This document shows, piece by piece, positions 41,591 to 51,683 of a DNA stretch of 64,000 nucleotides (its first letter is position 1; every line of letters starts with the position of its first letter). Location: NCBI GenBank assembly GCA_040902005.1, contig JBBDYA010000045.1:90757-154756 (forward strand). Direction: 5' to 3'. Under the pieces are notes generated by a model that saw only the letters and a program-made list of their open reading frames with translations, made no database searches and was not told the DNA's origin. Origin of the DNA: Gemmatimonadaceae bacterium. Lineage in GTDB: Bacteria > Gemmatimonadota > Gemmatimonadetes > Gemmatimonadales > Gemmatimonadaceae. Both the position numbers and the translations under genes were made by a program.

Positions 41591-42937
41591 ATGCAGACCT
41601 CAAACAACTCGCAGCAGCTGCGTCCGCCACAGGGCGTGATCGAGATCATTCGTGATCTCGAAGGGGCTGGATTCGAGGCATGGTGCGTGGGCGGTGCGGT
41701 CCGAGACGCACTCATGGGGCACGCGCACCTTGATTGGGACATCGCTACGAGCGCCACGCCAGACCAGGTCCGGACACTCTTTGGTCGTCGGAGAACGATC
41801 CCGGTCGGGATCGAGTTCGGGACGGTTGGGGTTCTGGATGCGTCGCAGGTGATGCACGAGGTCACGACGTTCCGGCGCGACGTGCGCACGGATGGACGTC
41901 ACGCCGAGGTCGAGTTCGGCGCTTCCCTGGACGAGGACCTGGCCCGACGCGACTTCACCATCAATGCGATCGCCTTCTCTCCCAGCCGCCAGCAGATCCA
42001 CGACCCGTTCGATGGACGGGGGGACATCGCGGCAGGCGTCATTCGCGCCGTGGGGGCGCCTGGTGATCGGATGCGCGAGGATCGGCTGCGTGCGTTGCGA
42101 GGAATTCGATTCGCCTCCCGGTTCGGCTTCGCCATCGAGCCGGCCACCTGGGAGGCCATCTGCCAGAGCGCGCCGTACCTGACCCGTCTTTCGGCGGAGC
42201 GGGTAAAGCAGGAGCTCGAGAAGACGATGGATCAGGTCGCACGCCCGTCCGGAGCAATCGCGCGTTGGCGGGAGAGCGGGGCACTGGCGGTATTGGTGCC
42301 GGAGCTGGAGGGGTTGTCCGCGGAGGCCAGGCACGCGCTGGACTGCGCGGCGCAGCCGGCGCTGGCGAGGCGCCCCGGTCGCCGGCTCACGCGCTTCGCG
42401 ATTCTCTTCAGTGATTCCTCATCGGCGTCGGCGCTGCAGGCCGCCATGCGGCTGCGCTTCTCGAAGCACGATGCACAGTGGATCGCGGCGCTCGTGGAGC
42501 GTTGGAACACACTGCGCCTGGAGCTGACGGCGGCGCTGTCCGCGGGGGCGCCAGAGCCGGCGCGCGTGCGAGGATGGATAGCGGCCGTGGGCCGCACGCA
42601 CCTGTCGGCTTTCTTCCGGTTGGCCTCGGCCCGCTGGGCAGCGAGCCAGACGGCACCGGGTGGGGGAGGGGGGGGGGGCGCATTGAACGACGGACCGGCG
42701 GCCCACGCCGTGCAAAGGCTCTATCGGCGCTGCGTCAGTGCGGCGCTCAGCGAGCCGGTGGATCTCCGCGACCTGGCCATTGACGGAGACGATCTCCGCC
42801 AAGTGGGGATCGCACCGGGACCGGGGCTAGGTAAGATTCTCACGGTATTGCTTGCGAGGGTGCTCGAGGACCCGGCGCGGAACAGCCGCGAGTGGCTGTT
42901 GGGGGAGGCACAGCGGCTCAAGACGCCCGCTGACTGA
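41591..42937 (+). CDS. cca: CCA tRNA nucleotidyltransferase (class II)
   Basis: VGGAVRD, DWDIAT, DLARRDFTINA, EDRLRALRGIRF, SAERV, PGPGLGKIL. Confidence 0.85.
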   Translation: MQTSNNSQQLRPPQGVIEIIRDLEGAGFEAWCVGGAVRDALMGHAHLDWDIATSATPDQVRTLFGRRRTIPVGIEFGTVGVLDASQVMHEVTTFRRDVRTDGRHAEVEFGASLDEDLARRDFTINAIAFSPSRQQIHDPFDGRGDIAAGVIRAVGAPGDRMREDRLRALRGIRFASRFGFAIEPATWEAICQSAPYLTRLSAERVKQELEKTMDQVARPSGAIARWRESGALAVLVPELEGLSAEARHALDCAAQPALARRPGRRLTRFAILFSDSSSASALQAAMRLRFSKHDAQWIAALVERWNTLRLELTAALSAGAPEPARVRGWIAAVGRTHLSAFFRLASARWAASQTAPGGGGGGGALNDGPAAHAVQRLYRRCVSAALSEPVDLRDLAIDGDDLRQVGIAPGPGLGKILTVLLARVLEDPARNSREWLLGEAQRLKTPAD

Positions 42938-42967
42938 AGTCGGGATACGGAGGAACGAGAACCGCTC

Positions 42968-43492
42968 ATGTTATTTCGGGGCAGGCAGGCCGAAGTGTCC
43001 ATCTGGCACCGCTTTCGGGCGAGCGCCGACGTCTTCACATTCGGTTCGGACGACGGCGTTTTCGTGGCGCATGTCGTTGCCAATGCCGAGCGCGTCGTGG
43101 ACCTCTTTCACTCGCTCACCGAACAGTTGCCGCCCGCCGTGGACGTCACGCTCGAGGATCATCGATCCGGGCGGACGTGGAAGGGCGAGGGGCTGCCCCG
43201 GGACGATGTGCGTGAGCAGATCGCACGGCTCAAGGTGCTGCTGGCGCGGTACGGGGGTGCGGAGTTTTCGGTGTTCACGTCGGACGACCAGCTGACGCTG
43301 AACCCGTACCTGGAATTGTTCATCTACGCCCGAACGGACCGCTGGTGCTACGTGTTGGAGGGGCGTGGTTTCGAGCAGGGCGCGGTACGCCCGAAGAGCT
43401 GGAAGCAGCAACGCGCGCAGTTCCCCGCGGCTGCGGAACTCGTCAACGCCATTCAAACCGCGGTGGAGCGACTCGGCCTGCAGCGCGCGTGA
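42968..43492 (+). CDS. Hypothetical protein
   Basis: 174 aa ORF whose stop overlaps the ZIP gene start. Confidence 0.65.
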   Translation: MLFRGRQAEVSIWHRFRASADVFTFGSDDGVFVAHVVANAERVVDLFHSLTEQLPPAVDVTLEDHRSGRTWKGEGLPRDDVREQIARLKVLLARYGGAEFSVFTSDDQLTLNPYLELFIYARTDRWCYVLEGRGFEQGAVRPKSWKQQRAQFPAAAELVNAIQTAVERLGLQRA

Positions 43493-44199
43493 CCAGACTG
43501 GAAGTGGTCTACGGCCTCTCGGCGGCGGCCGCGAACATCATCGGCGCCGTGGCGGTGACGTCGGGCCGACGCTGGAGCGTGCATGCCCTCGATCGCACGC
43601 TCGCGTTTACTGCCGGCTTTCTGCTCTCAGTGGCGTTCGTCGAGCTGATCCCCGAGGCGATCGCGCGGGGCGGTCGCACGGCCGCCGCAACGGCACTCCT
43701 CGCGTACCTTGCGGTCCACCTCACGCAGCACACCATCGGCCGCCACTTCCATTTCGGCGAGGAAACGCACGCGGTGACGCCGATGGTGAGCCGGAGCGCG
43801 CTGGTGGGCCTCCTGCTGCACACGTTTGTCGATGGTGTCGCGGTGGCGAGCGGACTGTTGGTGAGTGAAACGGTGGGTGCGCTGATATTCGTCGGTGTCC
43901 TGCTCCACAAGTTTCCGGAGGGGCTGGCCATCTCGAGCCTGTTCCTGGCGGCGGGCGCGCGGAACCGGACGGCCATCGCCGCGGCGGGCGCGCTTGGCGT
44001 CGCGACGCTGCTGGGCGTCGCGCTCACCGGTCAGTTCGCACCGCTGCAGGAGCAGGGGCTCGCCATTTCCGCGGGCGTGACCATCTACGTCGGCGCCTCG
44101 AACCTCGTCCCCGAGCTGCAGGCGCGCGGCGGGTGGGGAACGCCGATCAGCTTCATGGCTGGTTGCGGGGCGTTTTTTGCCGCCGCCGCACTGCTGTAG
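43489..44199 (+). CDS. ZIP family metal transporter
   Basis: LHTFVDG, LHKFPEG, HFHFGEETH loop, multiple TMs; GTG 43489. Confidence 0.88.
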   Translation: MTRLEVVYGLSAAAANIIGAVAVTSGRRWSVHALDRTLAFTAGFLLSVAFVELIPEAIARGGRTAAATALLAYLAVHLTQHTIGRHFHFGEETHAVTPMVSRSALVGLLLHTFVDGVAVASGLLVSETVGALIFVGVLLHKFPEGLAISSLFLAAGARNRTAIAAAGALGVATLLGVALTGQFAPLQEQGLAISAGVTIYVGASNLVPELQARGGWGTPISFMAGCGAFFAAAALL

Positions 44200-44209
44200 C
44201 GAGGGCGAG

Positions 44210-45559
44210 ATGGCGCGACCACCCTCGGGACAACCCACGCTGTTCAACGATGCGATCGACCGTGCGCAGCCGCTGGCGTCGCGGATGCGTCCGCGCACCC
44301 TCGACGAATTCGTTGGGCAGGAGCCTCTGCTGGCGCCCGGGAAGCCGTTGCGTGAGGCGATCGAGAGCGGCACGATCGGCTCCGTCATCCTGTGGGGCCC
44401 GCCGGGTACGGGCAAGACCACCCTCGGGCGGCTGATCGCGGCCTACACGGAGCGGCAGTTCGTGCCGTTTTCGTCCGTCACCGAGGGCGTCCCGCGGATC
44501 AGGGAAATCGTCGCGGAAGCGAAGGAGCGGCTCGCGCTCGGTCGGGGGACGATCCTCTTTGCCGACGAGATCCACCGCCTCAACAAGGCGCAGCAGGACG
44601 CCTTTCTTCCGCACGTCGAAGCGGGAACGATCACCCTGGTGGGCGCCACGACGGAGAACCCGTCCTTCGAGATCAATGGCGCGCTGCTGTCGCGCGTGCG
44701 GGTGTTTGTGCTGCAGCCGCTGGCGCCCGGACACATTCGAACGCTGCTCGAGCGGGCGCTGTCCCTGGAGGAGCGAGGCATTGGCGAGCTGCAAGTTCGC
44801 GCGGATCCGCAGGCACTGGATTGCATCGCCGAGGAGGCGGACGGCGATGCTCGTCGGGCACTCACGGTACTCCAGGCCGCCGCGGAGCACGTGGGACGCG
44901 CCGGCCATCTCACCGAGGCGCAGGCGCGCGACGCCATGCAGCTGCGGTTCGCGCGCTTCGACAAGTGGGGCGAGGAGACGTACAACATGCTCTCCGCCTT
45001 TCACAAAAGCCTCCGCGGGAGCGATCCGCACGGGGCGCTCTACTGGATGGCTCGGTTTCTCGAGGGCGGCGGCGATCCCATGGTGTTGTTCCGTCGCGCT
45101 CTCGCGATGGCCGCGGAGGACGTTGGCCTCGCCGATCCGCAGGCGCTGCAGATGGCCGTCGCGGCCCGCAACGCCTTTCACATGCTGGGTGCCCCGGAAG
45201 GGTACCTTCCGCTCGCGCAGATGGTCATCTATCTGGCGACGGCGCCGAAGTCCAACAGTGCGAAAGTTGCCTTGGGCGAGGCGATGCGGGCCGCGATGGA
45301 AACGCCGGCCGAGGGCGTGCCCATGCACATCCGGAACGCGCCGACCAGCCTCATGAAGGAACTGGGGTATCACTCGGGGTATCAGTACGCGCATGACGCG
45401 CCCGAGGCATACATCCCGCAGGAGTATCTTCCCGACCGACTGCGTGGGCGCACGTTCTACACTCCCGGTCCATTCGGGTTCGAGAAGGAGATCGCGAAGC
45501 GGCTCGCGTGGTGGGACGAGGTGAAGCGCCGCAACGACGACGAGAGGAATGACACATGA
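44210..45559 (+). CDS. rarA: Replication-associated recombination protein A (RarA/MgsA)
   Basis: PLASRMRP, WGPPGTGKTT, DEIHRLNKAQQD, ATTENPSF, AEDVGLADP. Confidence 0.93.
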   Translation: MARPPSGQPTLFNDAIDRAQPLASRMRPRTLDEFVGQEPLLAPGKPLREAIESGTIGSVILWGPPGTGKTTLGRLIAAYTERQFVPFSSVTEGVPRIREIVAEAKERLALGRGTILFADEIHRLNKAQQDAFLPHVEAGTITLVGATTENPSFEINGALLSRVRVFVLQPLAPGHIRTLLERALSLEERGIGELQVRADPQALDCIAEEADGDARRALTVLQAAAEHVGRAGHLTEAQARDAMQLRFARFDKWGEETYNMLSAFHKSLRGSDPHGALYWMARFLEGGGDPMVLFRRALAMAAEDVGLADPQALQMAVAARNAFHMLGAPEGYLPLAQMVIYLATAPKSNSAKVALGEAMRAAMETPAEGVPMHIRNAPTSLMKELGYHSGYQYAHDAPEAYIPQEYLPDRLRGRTFYTPGPFGFEKEIAKRLAWWDEVKRRNDDERNDT

Positions 45560-46011
45560 AGACAGTGGCAGTAATGGCGTTGGCGCTCGGCGCCGCGGCG
45601 TGCTCGGCGCTCGGGCGGCAGGCGTTCCAGAATCCGGTCGTCAACCTCCGCAACGTGGCGGTGCAGGGGCTCGGCCTGTCTGGTGGCCAACTCGAGGTGC
45701 AGCTGAGCGTCTACAATCCGAACAACTATCGACTGGACGCGTCCCGACTGACCTACCGGGTATTCGTGGGTGACACGCTCGGGCTGGCCAGTGGTGCGGT
45801 GGACACCCGCACGACGGTGCAGGCCGAGGATTCCACGATCGTGGTGATTCCCGTGTCCTTCACCTACGCGGGACTCAGCGCCGCGGCGCGCCAGATCCTG
45901 CTGACTGGCAGTGTGACCTACCGCGTGGCGGGGGACGTGACGGTGGGCTCCGTCGTGGGCAACTTTACGGTGCCCTATTCCGCGACGGGCCGATTCAACA
46001 CGGTGCGGTAG
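45556..46011 (+). CDS. LEA type 2 (WHy domain) lipoprotein
   Basis: Lipobox AAAC; LSVYNPN motif; beta-rich. Confidence 0.8.
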   Translation: MKTVAVMALALGAAACSALGRQAFQNPVVNLRNVAVQGLGLSGGQLEVQLSVYNPNNYRLDASRLTYRVFVGDTLGLASGAVDTRTTVQAEDSTIVVIPVSFTYAGLSAAARQILLTGSVTYRVAGDVTVGSVVGNFTVPYSATGRFNTVR

Positions 46012-46055
46012 CCGGAGGCAACATCTCGAAGGCACCGATTCAGGTTCAGCAACCG

Positions 46056-47336
46056 GTGGACCGCGCGCTCCTCGTGGGCGCGCCGCTCAAACGCGCGCGT
46101 GCGCGCGCGGATCTGCGCGAGCACCTCGACGAGCTCGCGCGACTGGTGGACACCGCGGGCGCCGTCATCGTGGGCGAGCTAACGCAACAGCTCGACCGTC
46201 CGCATGCCGCGACGTATCTCGGCGCTGGCAAGATCGATGAATTGCGGCAGATGGTCATCGACACGCAGGCCACCATCGTCGTGTTCGACGACGAACTCTC
46301 GCCCTCGCAGGCGAAGAACATCGAGGACTCCATCGGGCAGCGGGTCGTCGACCGCGCGGAGTTGATTCTGGACATCTTCGCCACGCGGGCCCGCTCGGCA
46401 GAAGCGAAGGTGCAGGTCGAGTTGGCGCAACTGGAGTACATGCTCCCGCGCCTGACGCGCATGTGGACCCACCTCGAGAAGTTTCGCGGCGGTATCGGCG
46501 TCCGGGGTCCCGGCGAAACACAGCTGGAGACGGACCGCCGGCTGATCAGCCATCGCATCAAGCTTCTGCGTGCGAAGCTGCGCGAGGTCACAAAAGGGCG
46601 CGCCGTGCAGCGGCAGGGACGCCGTGGCGAGTTCAAGGCGTCCCTTGTCGGCTACACGAACGCGGGCAAGTCGTCGCTGCTGCGCTCGCTCGCGAACGCG
46701 CAGGACATCTTCGTGGAAGACCGGCTGTTCGCGACACTGGATCCGCTGACGCGGGAAGTGAAGCTCGACGACCACGCGAAGGCACTCGTGACCGACACGG
46801 TTGGCTTCATTCGCAAGCTCCCCCACCACCTGGTCGCGTCGTTTCGTGCGACGCTGGAGGAGGCGCGTGAGGCAGACCTGCTGCTGCACGTGATCGACGC
46901 GTCGCACGCCATGTGGGAGGAGCAGCGCGGCGTAGTGGAGGACGTGCTGAAGAGCCTGGAGCTTCACGAGCGTCCGGCACTCCTGGTCTTCAACAAGGTG
47001 GACCTGCTGGACGAGCAGGAGCTCCTGGCGTTGCAGGAGCGCATGGCATCCGACGGGCAGGAGGCGGTCTTCGTGTCCGCCGTGAGCCCGGACGGCACCC
47101 TGCCGCTTCGCCGCGCCCTTCAGGGCGCCATGCGGGTTCGGCGCCCGCTCGCGGAGATCAACCTGTCGCCCGCCGACGGGAAGATGCTCGCCGAGATTCA
47201 TCAGTACGGCGAGGTGCTTGATCAGCGCACCATCGGAGAGCGGCTCGTCCTGCGCGCACGGATCGGCGAGAAGCTCGCGGGTCGACTGCGCCGGGCTGGC
47301 GCCATCGTCGACCGAGAGAATACCGCCGGGTCATGA
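46056..47336 (+). CDS. hflX: GTPase HflX (start may lie upstream at ATC 46023)
   Basis: GPGETQLETDRR, GYTNAGKSS, LFATLDP, DTVGFI, NKVD. Confidence 0.95.
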   Translation: MDRALLVGAPLKRARARADLREHLDELARLVDTAGAVIVGELTQQLDRPHAATYLGAGKIDELRQMVIDTQATIVVFDDELSPSQAKNIEDSIGQRVVDRAELILDIFATRARSAEAKVQVELAQLEYMLPRLTRMWTHLEKFRGGIGVRGPGETQLETDRRLISHRIKLLRAKLREVTKGRAVQRQGRRGEFKASLVGYTNAGKSSLLRSLANAQDIFVEDRLFATLDPLTREVKLDDHAKALVTDTVGFIRKLPHHLVASFRATLEEAREADLLLHVIDASHAMWEEQRGVVEDVLKSLELHERPALLVFNKVDLLDEQELLALQERMASDGQEAVFVSAVSPDGTLPLRRALQGAMRVRRPLAEINLSPADGKMLAEIHQYGEVLDQRTIGERLVLRARIGEKLAGRLRRAGAIVDRENTAGS

Positions 47337-48343
47337 TCGCCGTCGTCACCGGCGGCAGTGGCTTCATCGGCCGGAATCTGATCCGGCGCCTGCTCGCGGA
47401 CGGGCATCGGGTGCGGTGTCTCGTGCGTCCATCCGGGGGCGATCCGCCAGCCGACGTGGCGCGATATCTCGTTGCGCTGGACGATCCACGCGCGCTCGCG
47501 CGATGTCCCGCATTCGAGGGGGCGGACGTCGTCTTTCATCTCGCGGGCGCCACGAGGGCTGTCCGGTTCAGGGACTTTGCCACCGCCAACGTGGGGCCCA
47601 CCCGGCAGCTGCTTGGCGCGCTGGCGCATCGGGGCCTCGGGCCACGGTTTGTATTCGTGTCGTCACAGGCGGCAGCGGGTCCTGCCACCACCGCGGACCG
47701 ACCCGTGGTCGAGACGGATGAACCGCGTCCCATCGAGCCCTACGGCGCGAGCAAGCTCGAAGCCGAACGCGTGGTGCAGGCGCACTCGGATCGCGTGCCG
47801 GTCACGATTCTCAGGCCGTCAGCGGTGTTCGGCCCGCACGATCGCGATTTTCTCATGCTCTTCCGCATGGCTGTTCGCGGGATGATCCTGTACCCGGGCG
47901 TCGCGACGCACTGGCTGTCCCTCGTTCACGTGGATGACGTGGTGGACGCGCTTCTCGCGGTGGCCGTCCAGGACCGTGCCGTTGGGCGCACGTACTTCAT
48001 CACCGCGCCGGATGCGATTCGCTGGCGCGCGTTGGGAGAGCAGGTCGGGTTGGTGACGGGGCGCGCGGTTCGCCATGTCGATCTGCCGGCCCCGGTGGTG
48101 TTTGCCGCCGCGACCGTTGGCGACTGGTTCGGGCGCCTGACGCGTTCGACGCCGATCGCCACCCGGAGCAAGGCCGCGCTGTCGCGAGCGCCGTACTGGG
48201 TGTGTTCCGCGGCACGCGCGGGGGAGGAGCTTGGCGTTCGTGCCTCGCGTTCACTCCCTGACGCGCTGGCGGACACGTACCTTTGGTATCGCCAACACGG
48301 ATGGTTGCGCGGCCCGCGACGAGGCAGCGCGATCCCCGCCTGA
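47333..48343 (+). CDS. NAD-dependent epimerase/dehydratase (extended SDR); candidate ceramide or 3-keto-sphingoid reductase
   Basis: TGGSGFIG, VSSQAAAGP, YGASK, RPSAVFGPHD; precedes the FAAL-ACP-AOS gene. Confidence 0.8.
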   Translation: MIAVVTGGSGFIGRNLIRRLLADGHRVRCLVRPSGGDPPADVARYLVALDDPRALARCPAFEGADVVFHLAGATRAVRFRDFATANVGPTRQLLGALAHRGLGPRFVFVSSQAAAGPATTADRPVVETDEPRPIEPYGASKLEAERVVQAHSDRVPVTILRPSAVFGPHDRDFLMLFRMAVRGMILYPGVATHWLSLVHVDDVVDALLAVAVQDRAVGRTYFITAPDAIRWRALGEQVGLVTGRAVRHVDLPAPVVFAAATVGDWFGRLTRSTPIATRSKAALSRAPYWVCSAARAGEELGVRASRSLPDALADTYLWYRQHGWLRGPRRGSAIPA

Positions 48344-48353
48344 ACGATCCACG

Positions 48354-51300
48354 ATGTCCGCTCACTTTACATCTCCGACGCCACCAGCCCTCGCGGCTTC
48401 CCTCGACGATGATCGGCTGGTCGAGAGCTGTGAGACCCTGGTGGACCTGCTTCGCCGCCGTGCCGAGCAAGGCGGGGAGCGCGTGGTGTACCGTTTTCTC
48501 CCTGGCGACAACAAGCCGGAGCAGCGGATCACGTATAAGGAGCTGGATCGACGCGCGACGGCTCTCGCGTCGGCCATTCGCCAGCATGCGAAGCCAGGAG
48601 AGCGCGCGCTAATCCTCGTGCCGTCCGGGCTGGACTACATCGCCACGTATTTCGCGTGCCTCTACGCCGGCGTGGTCGCCGTGCCGGCGTACCCTCCCAA
48701 TCCGCGGCGTCCGGATCCGCGGATTCCCGGCATCGTGGCCGACTGTGAGCCGGTCGTTGCACTGACCACCGCCGCCCTGCTGGATCGACTGGAGCATTGG
48801 CGAGGAGGGGACGAGCGCCTCGGCGCGCTGCGCTGGCTTGCAGCCGACGCGCCCGTCGATCCATCGATTGCGCCCGTCGAGCATCAGGCGGGAGCGCACG
48901 ACGTCGCCATGCTGCAGTACACGTCCGGCTCGACCGCCGCGCCGAAGGGGGTGGTGCTCACGCACGCCAATCTGCTGCACAACCTTTCGTTGATTCGGGC
49001 AGCGTTCAACGTCCGGCACGGGTCCGATGACGTGGGTGTGTTCTGGTTGCCGCCGTATCACGACATGGGGCTGATCGGCGGCATCCTCCAGCCTTGCTAC
49101 GTGGGCCGCGGTGCCGTGCTGATGGCGTCCGCGACGTTTCTCCAGCGGCCGCTGTCGTGGCTGGAGGCCATGTCGAAGTATCGTGCGACGACGAGCGCCG
49201 CCCCGAACTTTGCGTTCGACATGTGCGTGGAACGCATCAAGCCCGAGGACATGCGCGGACTCGACCTGTCCGCGTGGCACACGGTCTTTGACGGTGCGGA
49301 GCCAATTCGAGCGGACACGATCGAGCGGTTCTCGAAAGCGTTCGCCGACGTCGGCTTCCGAAGCGAAGCGTTCTTTCCCTGTTACGGCCTCGCGGAGGCC
49401 ACGCTGTTCGTGTCGGGCGGCCCCTGGGGCCACGGCCCGTACACGCTCGATGTCTCGCGGTCGGAGCTCGAGCACACCCGCGCGCGCCCAGCCATGGCCG
49501 GGGACCGGCTGCGCCTGGTCTCATCGGGCGCGGCGGCTACCGGCCAGATGGTGCGCATCGTGAATCCGGACACGCTGGAGCCGCTGGACGATCGGCGGGT
49601 GGGTGAGATCTGGTGCAGCGGTCGAAGCGTGGCCGGCGGGTATTGGCGCAATCCTGCCGAGTCGACGCGCACCTTCGGGGCGACCCTTCCTGGTGATGGC
49701 GGGCGCTACCTGCGCACGGGCGACCTCGGTTTTCTGGACGACGGCCAGTTATTCGTTACCGGACGCCTCAAGGATCTCATCGTCCTTGCCGGACGAAACT
49801 ATTACCCACAGGACATCGAGCTGGCCGCCGAGCGCAGCCACCCCAGTCTGCGGCCCGGCCATGCGGCCGCATTTCCGCTGGACGGCCCGACTCGCGAGTT
49901 GCTCGCGGTCGCGCTCGAGGTCACGCGGCATCATCGCGAGAGCGACAACGAGGCGGTATTTGCGGCCGTCCGTCGCGCGCTTGCGGGCCGCGCTGGCATT
50001 CTACCCGATGTCATTCTGCTGATCAGGCAGAACGGCATTCCGCGGACCTCGAGCGGCAAGGTGCAGCGCCGGGCGGCTCGCGCCATGCAGATCGAGAACA
50101 CGCTGGATGTGCTCGCCCGGTCCGACGAAACGCTCGACGACATTGCGTTCGCGGTGTCCGACGGCGGCGATGTGAGCGCGGCGCCGCTGGAGGCGTGGCT
50201 GCGTCGCTGGGTCGCCGACGAGCTGCAGATCGACGTCCGCAGCGTGGATCCAACCGCGTCGGTGCGGGACTACGGCCTGGATTCCGTGGCGGCCGTTCGC
50301 CTGGTCACGGAGCTGGAGCAGGTCCTTGGCCACCGCGTTGACGTCGCGCTGCTCTGGCGCGAGCCCTCGATCCGATCATTGTCGAAGGCGCTCGAATCTC
50401 GCGGGGCCGTGCTCTCGGCGAGCGAGGAAGACGAGCGCGCCGCTCGACGGAGCGACGAGCGACTGGTGTCACCACTCGCGGCGTCCGAGTTTCCGGAATA
50501 TCGCCTGCTGCAAGCCAGGTTCGAGGAGCTGGACCGGCACGGCCTGGAGAACCCGTATTTCCGGGTGCACGACGGCGTGACGGGGAGCGCCGCGCGCATC
50601 GGCGGACGGGACGTCGTGAATTTCGCGAACTACAACTATCTCGGCCTGTCGGGCGACGAACGCGTGAACGTGGCCGCGGTCGAGGCAATCCGGCGCTACG
50701 GCACCTCGGTATCCGCGAGCCGTGTCGTCTCCGGCGAACGATCGGTCCACCAGGAGCTCGAGCAGGAGCTGGCCGGTTTCATCGGCGTGGAGGATTGCGT
50801 TCTCTTCATCGGTGGCGTGACCGCGAACGTGTCGACCATCGCGCACCTGGTTGGCGCCGGAGACGTGGTGCTCTGTGACGAACTGTTGCACAACAGCGCG
50901 ATGCAGGGGGCGCTGTTCTCCGGAGCGCACCGTCTGGCCTTTCCGCACAACGACGCGGCGGCGGCGGATCGTCTCCTCGGCGAAGTGAGGGCGAAGTACC
51001 GACGGGCGCTGATCGTCATCGAAGGTGTCTACAGCGCGGACGGCGACATTCCGGACCTGGCGAGCTTCGTCGCCCTGAAGCGCCGGCATGAAGCCTGGCT
51101 GATGGTGGACGAAGCGCACTCGATCGGCGTCCTCGGCGCGACCGGGCGCGGGCTCGCGGAACATGCCGGCGTGTCAACGCGAAGCGTGGACCTGTGGATG
51201 GGGACCCTGTCGAAGTCGCTCGCCAGCGTGGGAGGGTACATCGGCGCCCGCCGGGAAATCATCCAGTACCTGAAGTACACGGCTCCGGGCTTCGTCTTCA

Positions 51301-51668
51301 GCGTCGGCATGGCACCCGCGAGTGCGGCCGCGGCGCTCGAAGCACTGCGTATCCTGCGGCGGGAGCCGCAGCGTGTGCAGGCGCTGCAGGCCAATGCGGC
51401 GCTGTTCCTCGAGCTGGCGAAGGGACACGGGTTGAACACCGGATCGAGCGCGAACACACCGATCATTCCGGTCATCACCGGCGACTCGCTGCAGGCGGTA
51501 CGCCTCTCGCAGCAACTGCTGGAGCACGGGATCAACGTGCAGCCAATGGTGGCGCCGTCAGTGAGCGAGTCGGGCGCCCGCCTGCGCTTTTTCGTCGCTT
51601 CCACGCATTCCCCCGATGACATCCAGCGGACGGTGGAATTGACGGCGTCTCTGGTCCGGCGTTCGTAA
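48354..51668 (+). CDS. Fatty acyl-AMP ligase - ACP - PLP alpha-oxoamine synthase (SPT-like) fusion
   Basis: FAAL: LQYTSGSTAAPKGV, WLPPYHDMGLIG, CYGLAEATL, YLRTGDLGF, PRTSSGK. ACP: YGLDSV (Ser codon 50283). AOS: NYNYLGL, EGVYSADGD, DEAHSIG, GTLSKS (Lys codon 51213), RLRFF. Confidence 0.9.
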   Translation: MSAHFTSPTPPALAASLDDDRLVESCETLVDLLRRRAEQGGERVVYRFLPGDNKPEQRITYKELDRRATALASAIRQHAKPGERALILVPSGLDYIATYFACLYAGVVAVPAYPPNPRRPDPRIPGIVADCEPVVALTTAALLDRLEHWRGGDERLGALRWLAADAPVDPSIAPVEHQAGAHDVAMLQYTSGSTAAPKGVVLTHANLLHNLSLIRAAFNVRHGSDDVGVFWLPPYHDMGLIGGILQPCYVGRGAVLMASATFLQRPLSWLEAMSKYRATTSAAPNFAFDMCVERIKPEDMRGLDLSAWHTVFDGAEPIRADTIERFSKAFADVGFRSEAFFPCYGLAEATLFVSGGPWGHGPYTLDVSRSELEHTRARPAMAGDRLRLVSSGAAATGQMVRIVNPDTLEPLDDRRVGEIWCSGRSVAGGYWRNPAESTRTFGATLPGDGGRYLRTGDLGFLDDGQLFVTGRLKDLIVLAGRNYYPQDIELAAERSHPSLRPGHAAAFPLDGPTRELLAVALEVTRHHRESDNEAVFAAVRRALAGRAGILPDVILLIRQNGIPRTSSGKVQRRAARAMQIENTLDVLARSDETLDDIAFAVSDGGDVSAAPLEAWLRRWVADELQIDVRSVDPTASVRDYGLDSVAAVRLVTELEQVLGHRVDVALLWREPSIRSLSKALESRGAVLSASEEDERAARRSDERLVSPLAASEFPEYRLLQARFEELDRHGLENPYFRVHDGVTGSAARIGGRDVVNFANYNYLGLSGDERVNVAAVEAIRRYGTSVSASRVVSGERSVHQELEQELAGFIGVEDCVLFIGGVTANVSTIAHLVGAGDVVLCDELLHNSAMQGALFSGAHRLAFPHNDAAAADRLLGEVRAKYRRALIVIEGVYSADGDIPDLASFVALKRRHEAWLMVDEAHSIGVLGATGRGLAEHAGVSTRSVDLWMGTLSKSLASVGGYIGARREIIQYLKYTAPGFVFSVGMAPASAAAALEALRILRREPQRVQALQANAALFLELAKGHGLNTGSSANTPIIPVITGDSLQAVRLSQQLLEHGINVQPMVAPSVSESGARLRFFVASTHSPDDIQRTVELTASLVRRS

Positions 51669-51683
51669 CCGCGCGGCCGGGGA

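Noticed and set aside
50480..51668. AOS domain as biotin synthesis BioF
   Set aside because: No other bio genes are nearby, and it is fused to FAAL-ACP beside a GNAT acyltransferase and a reductase. Not formally excluded without phylogeny.
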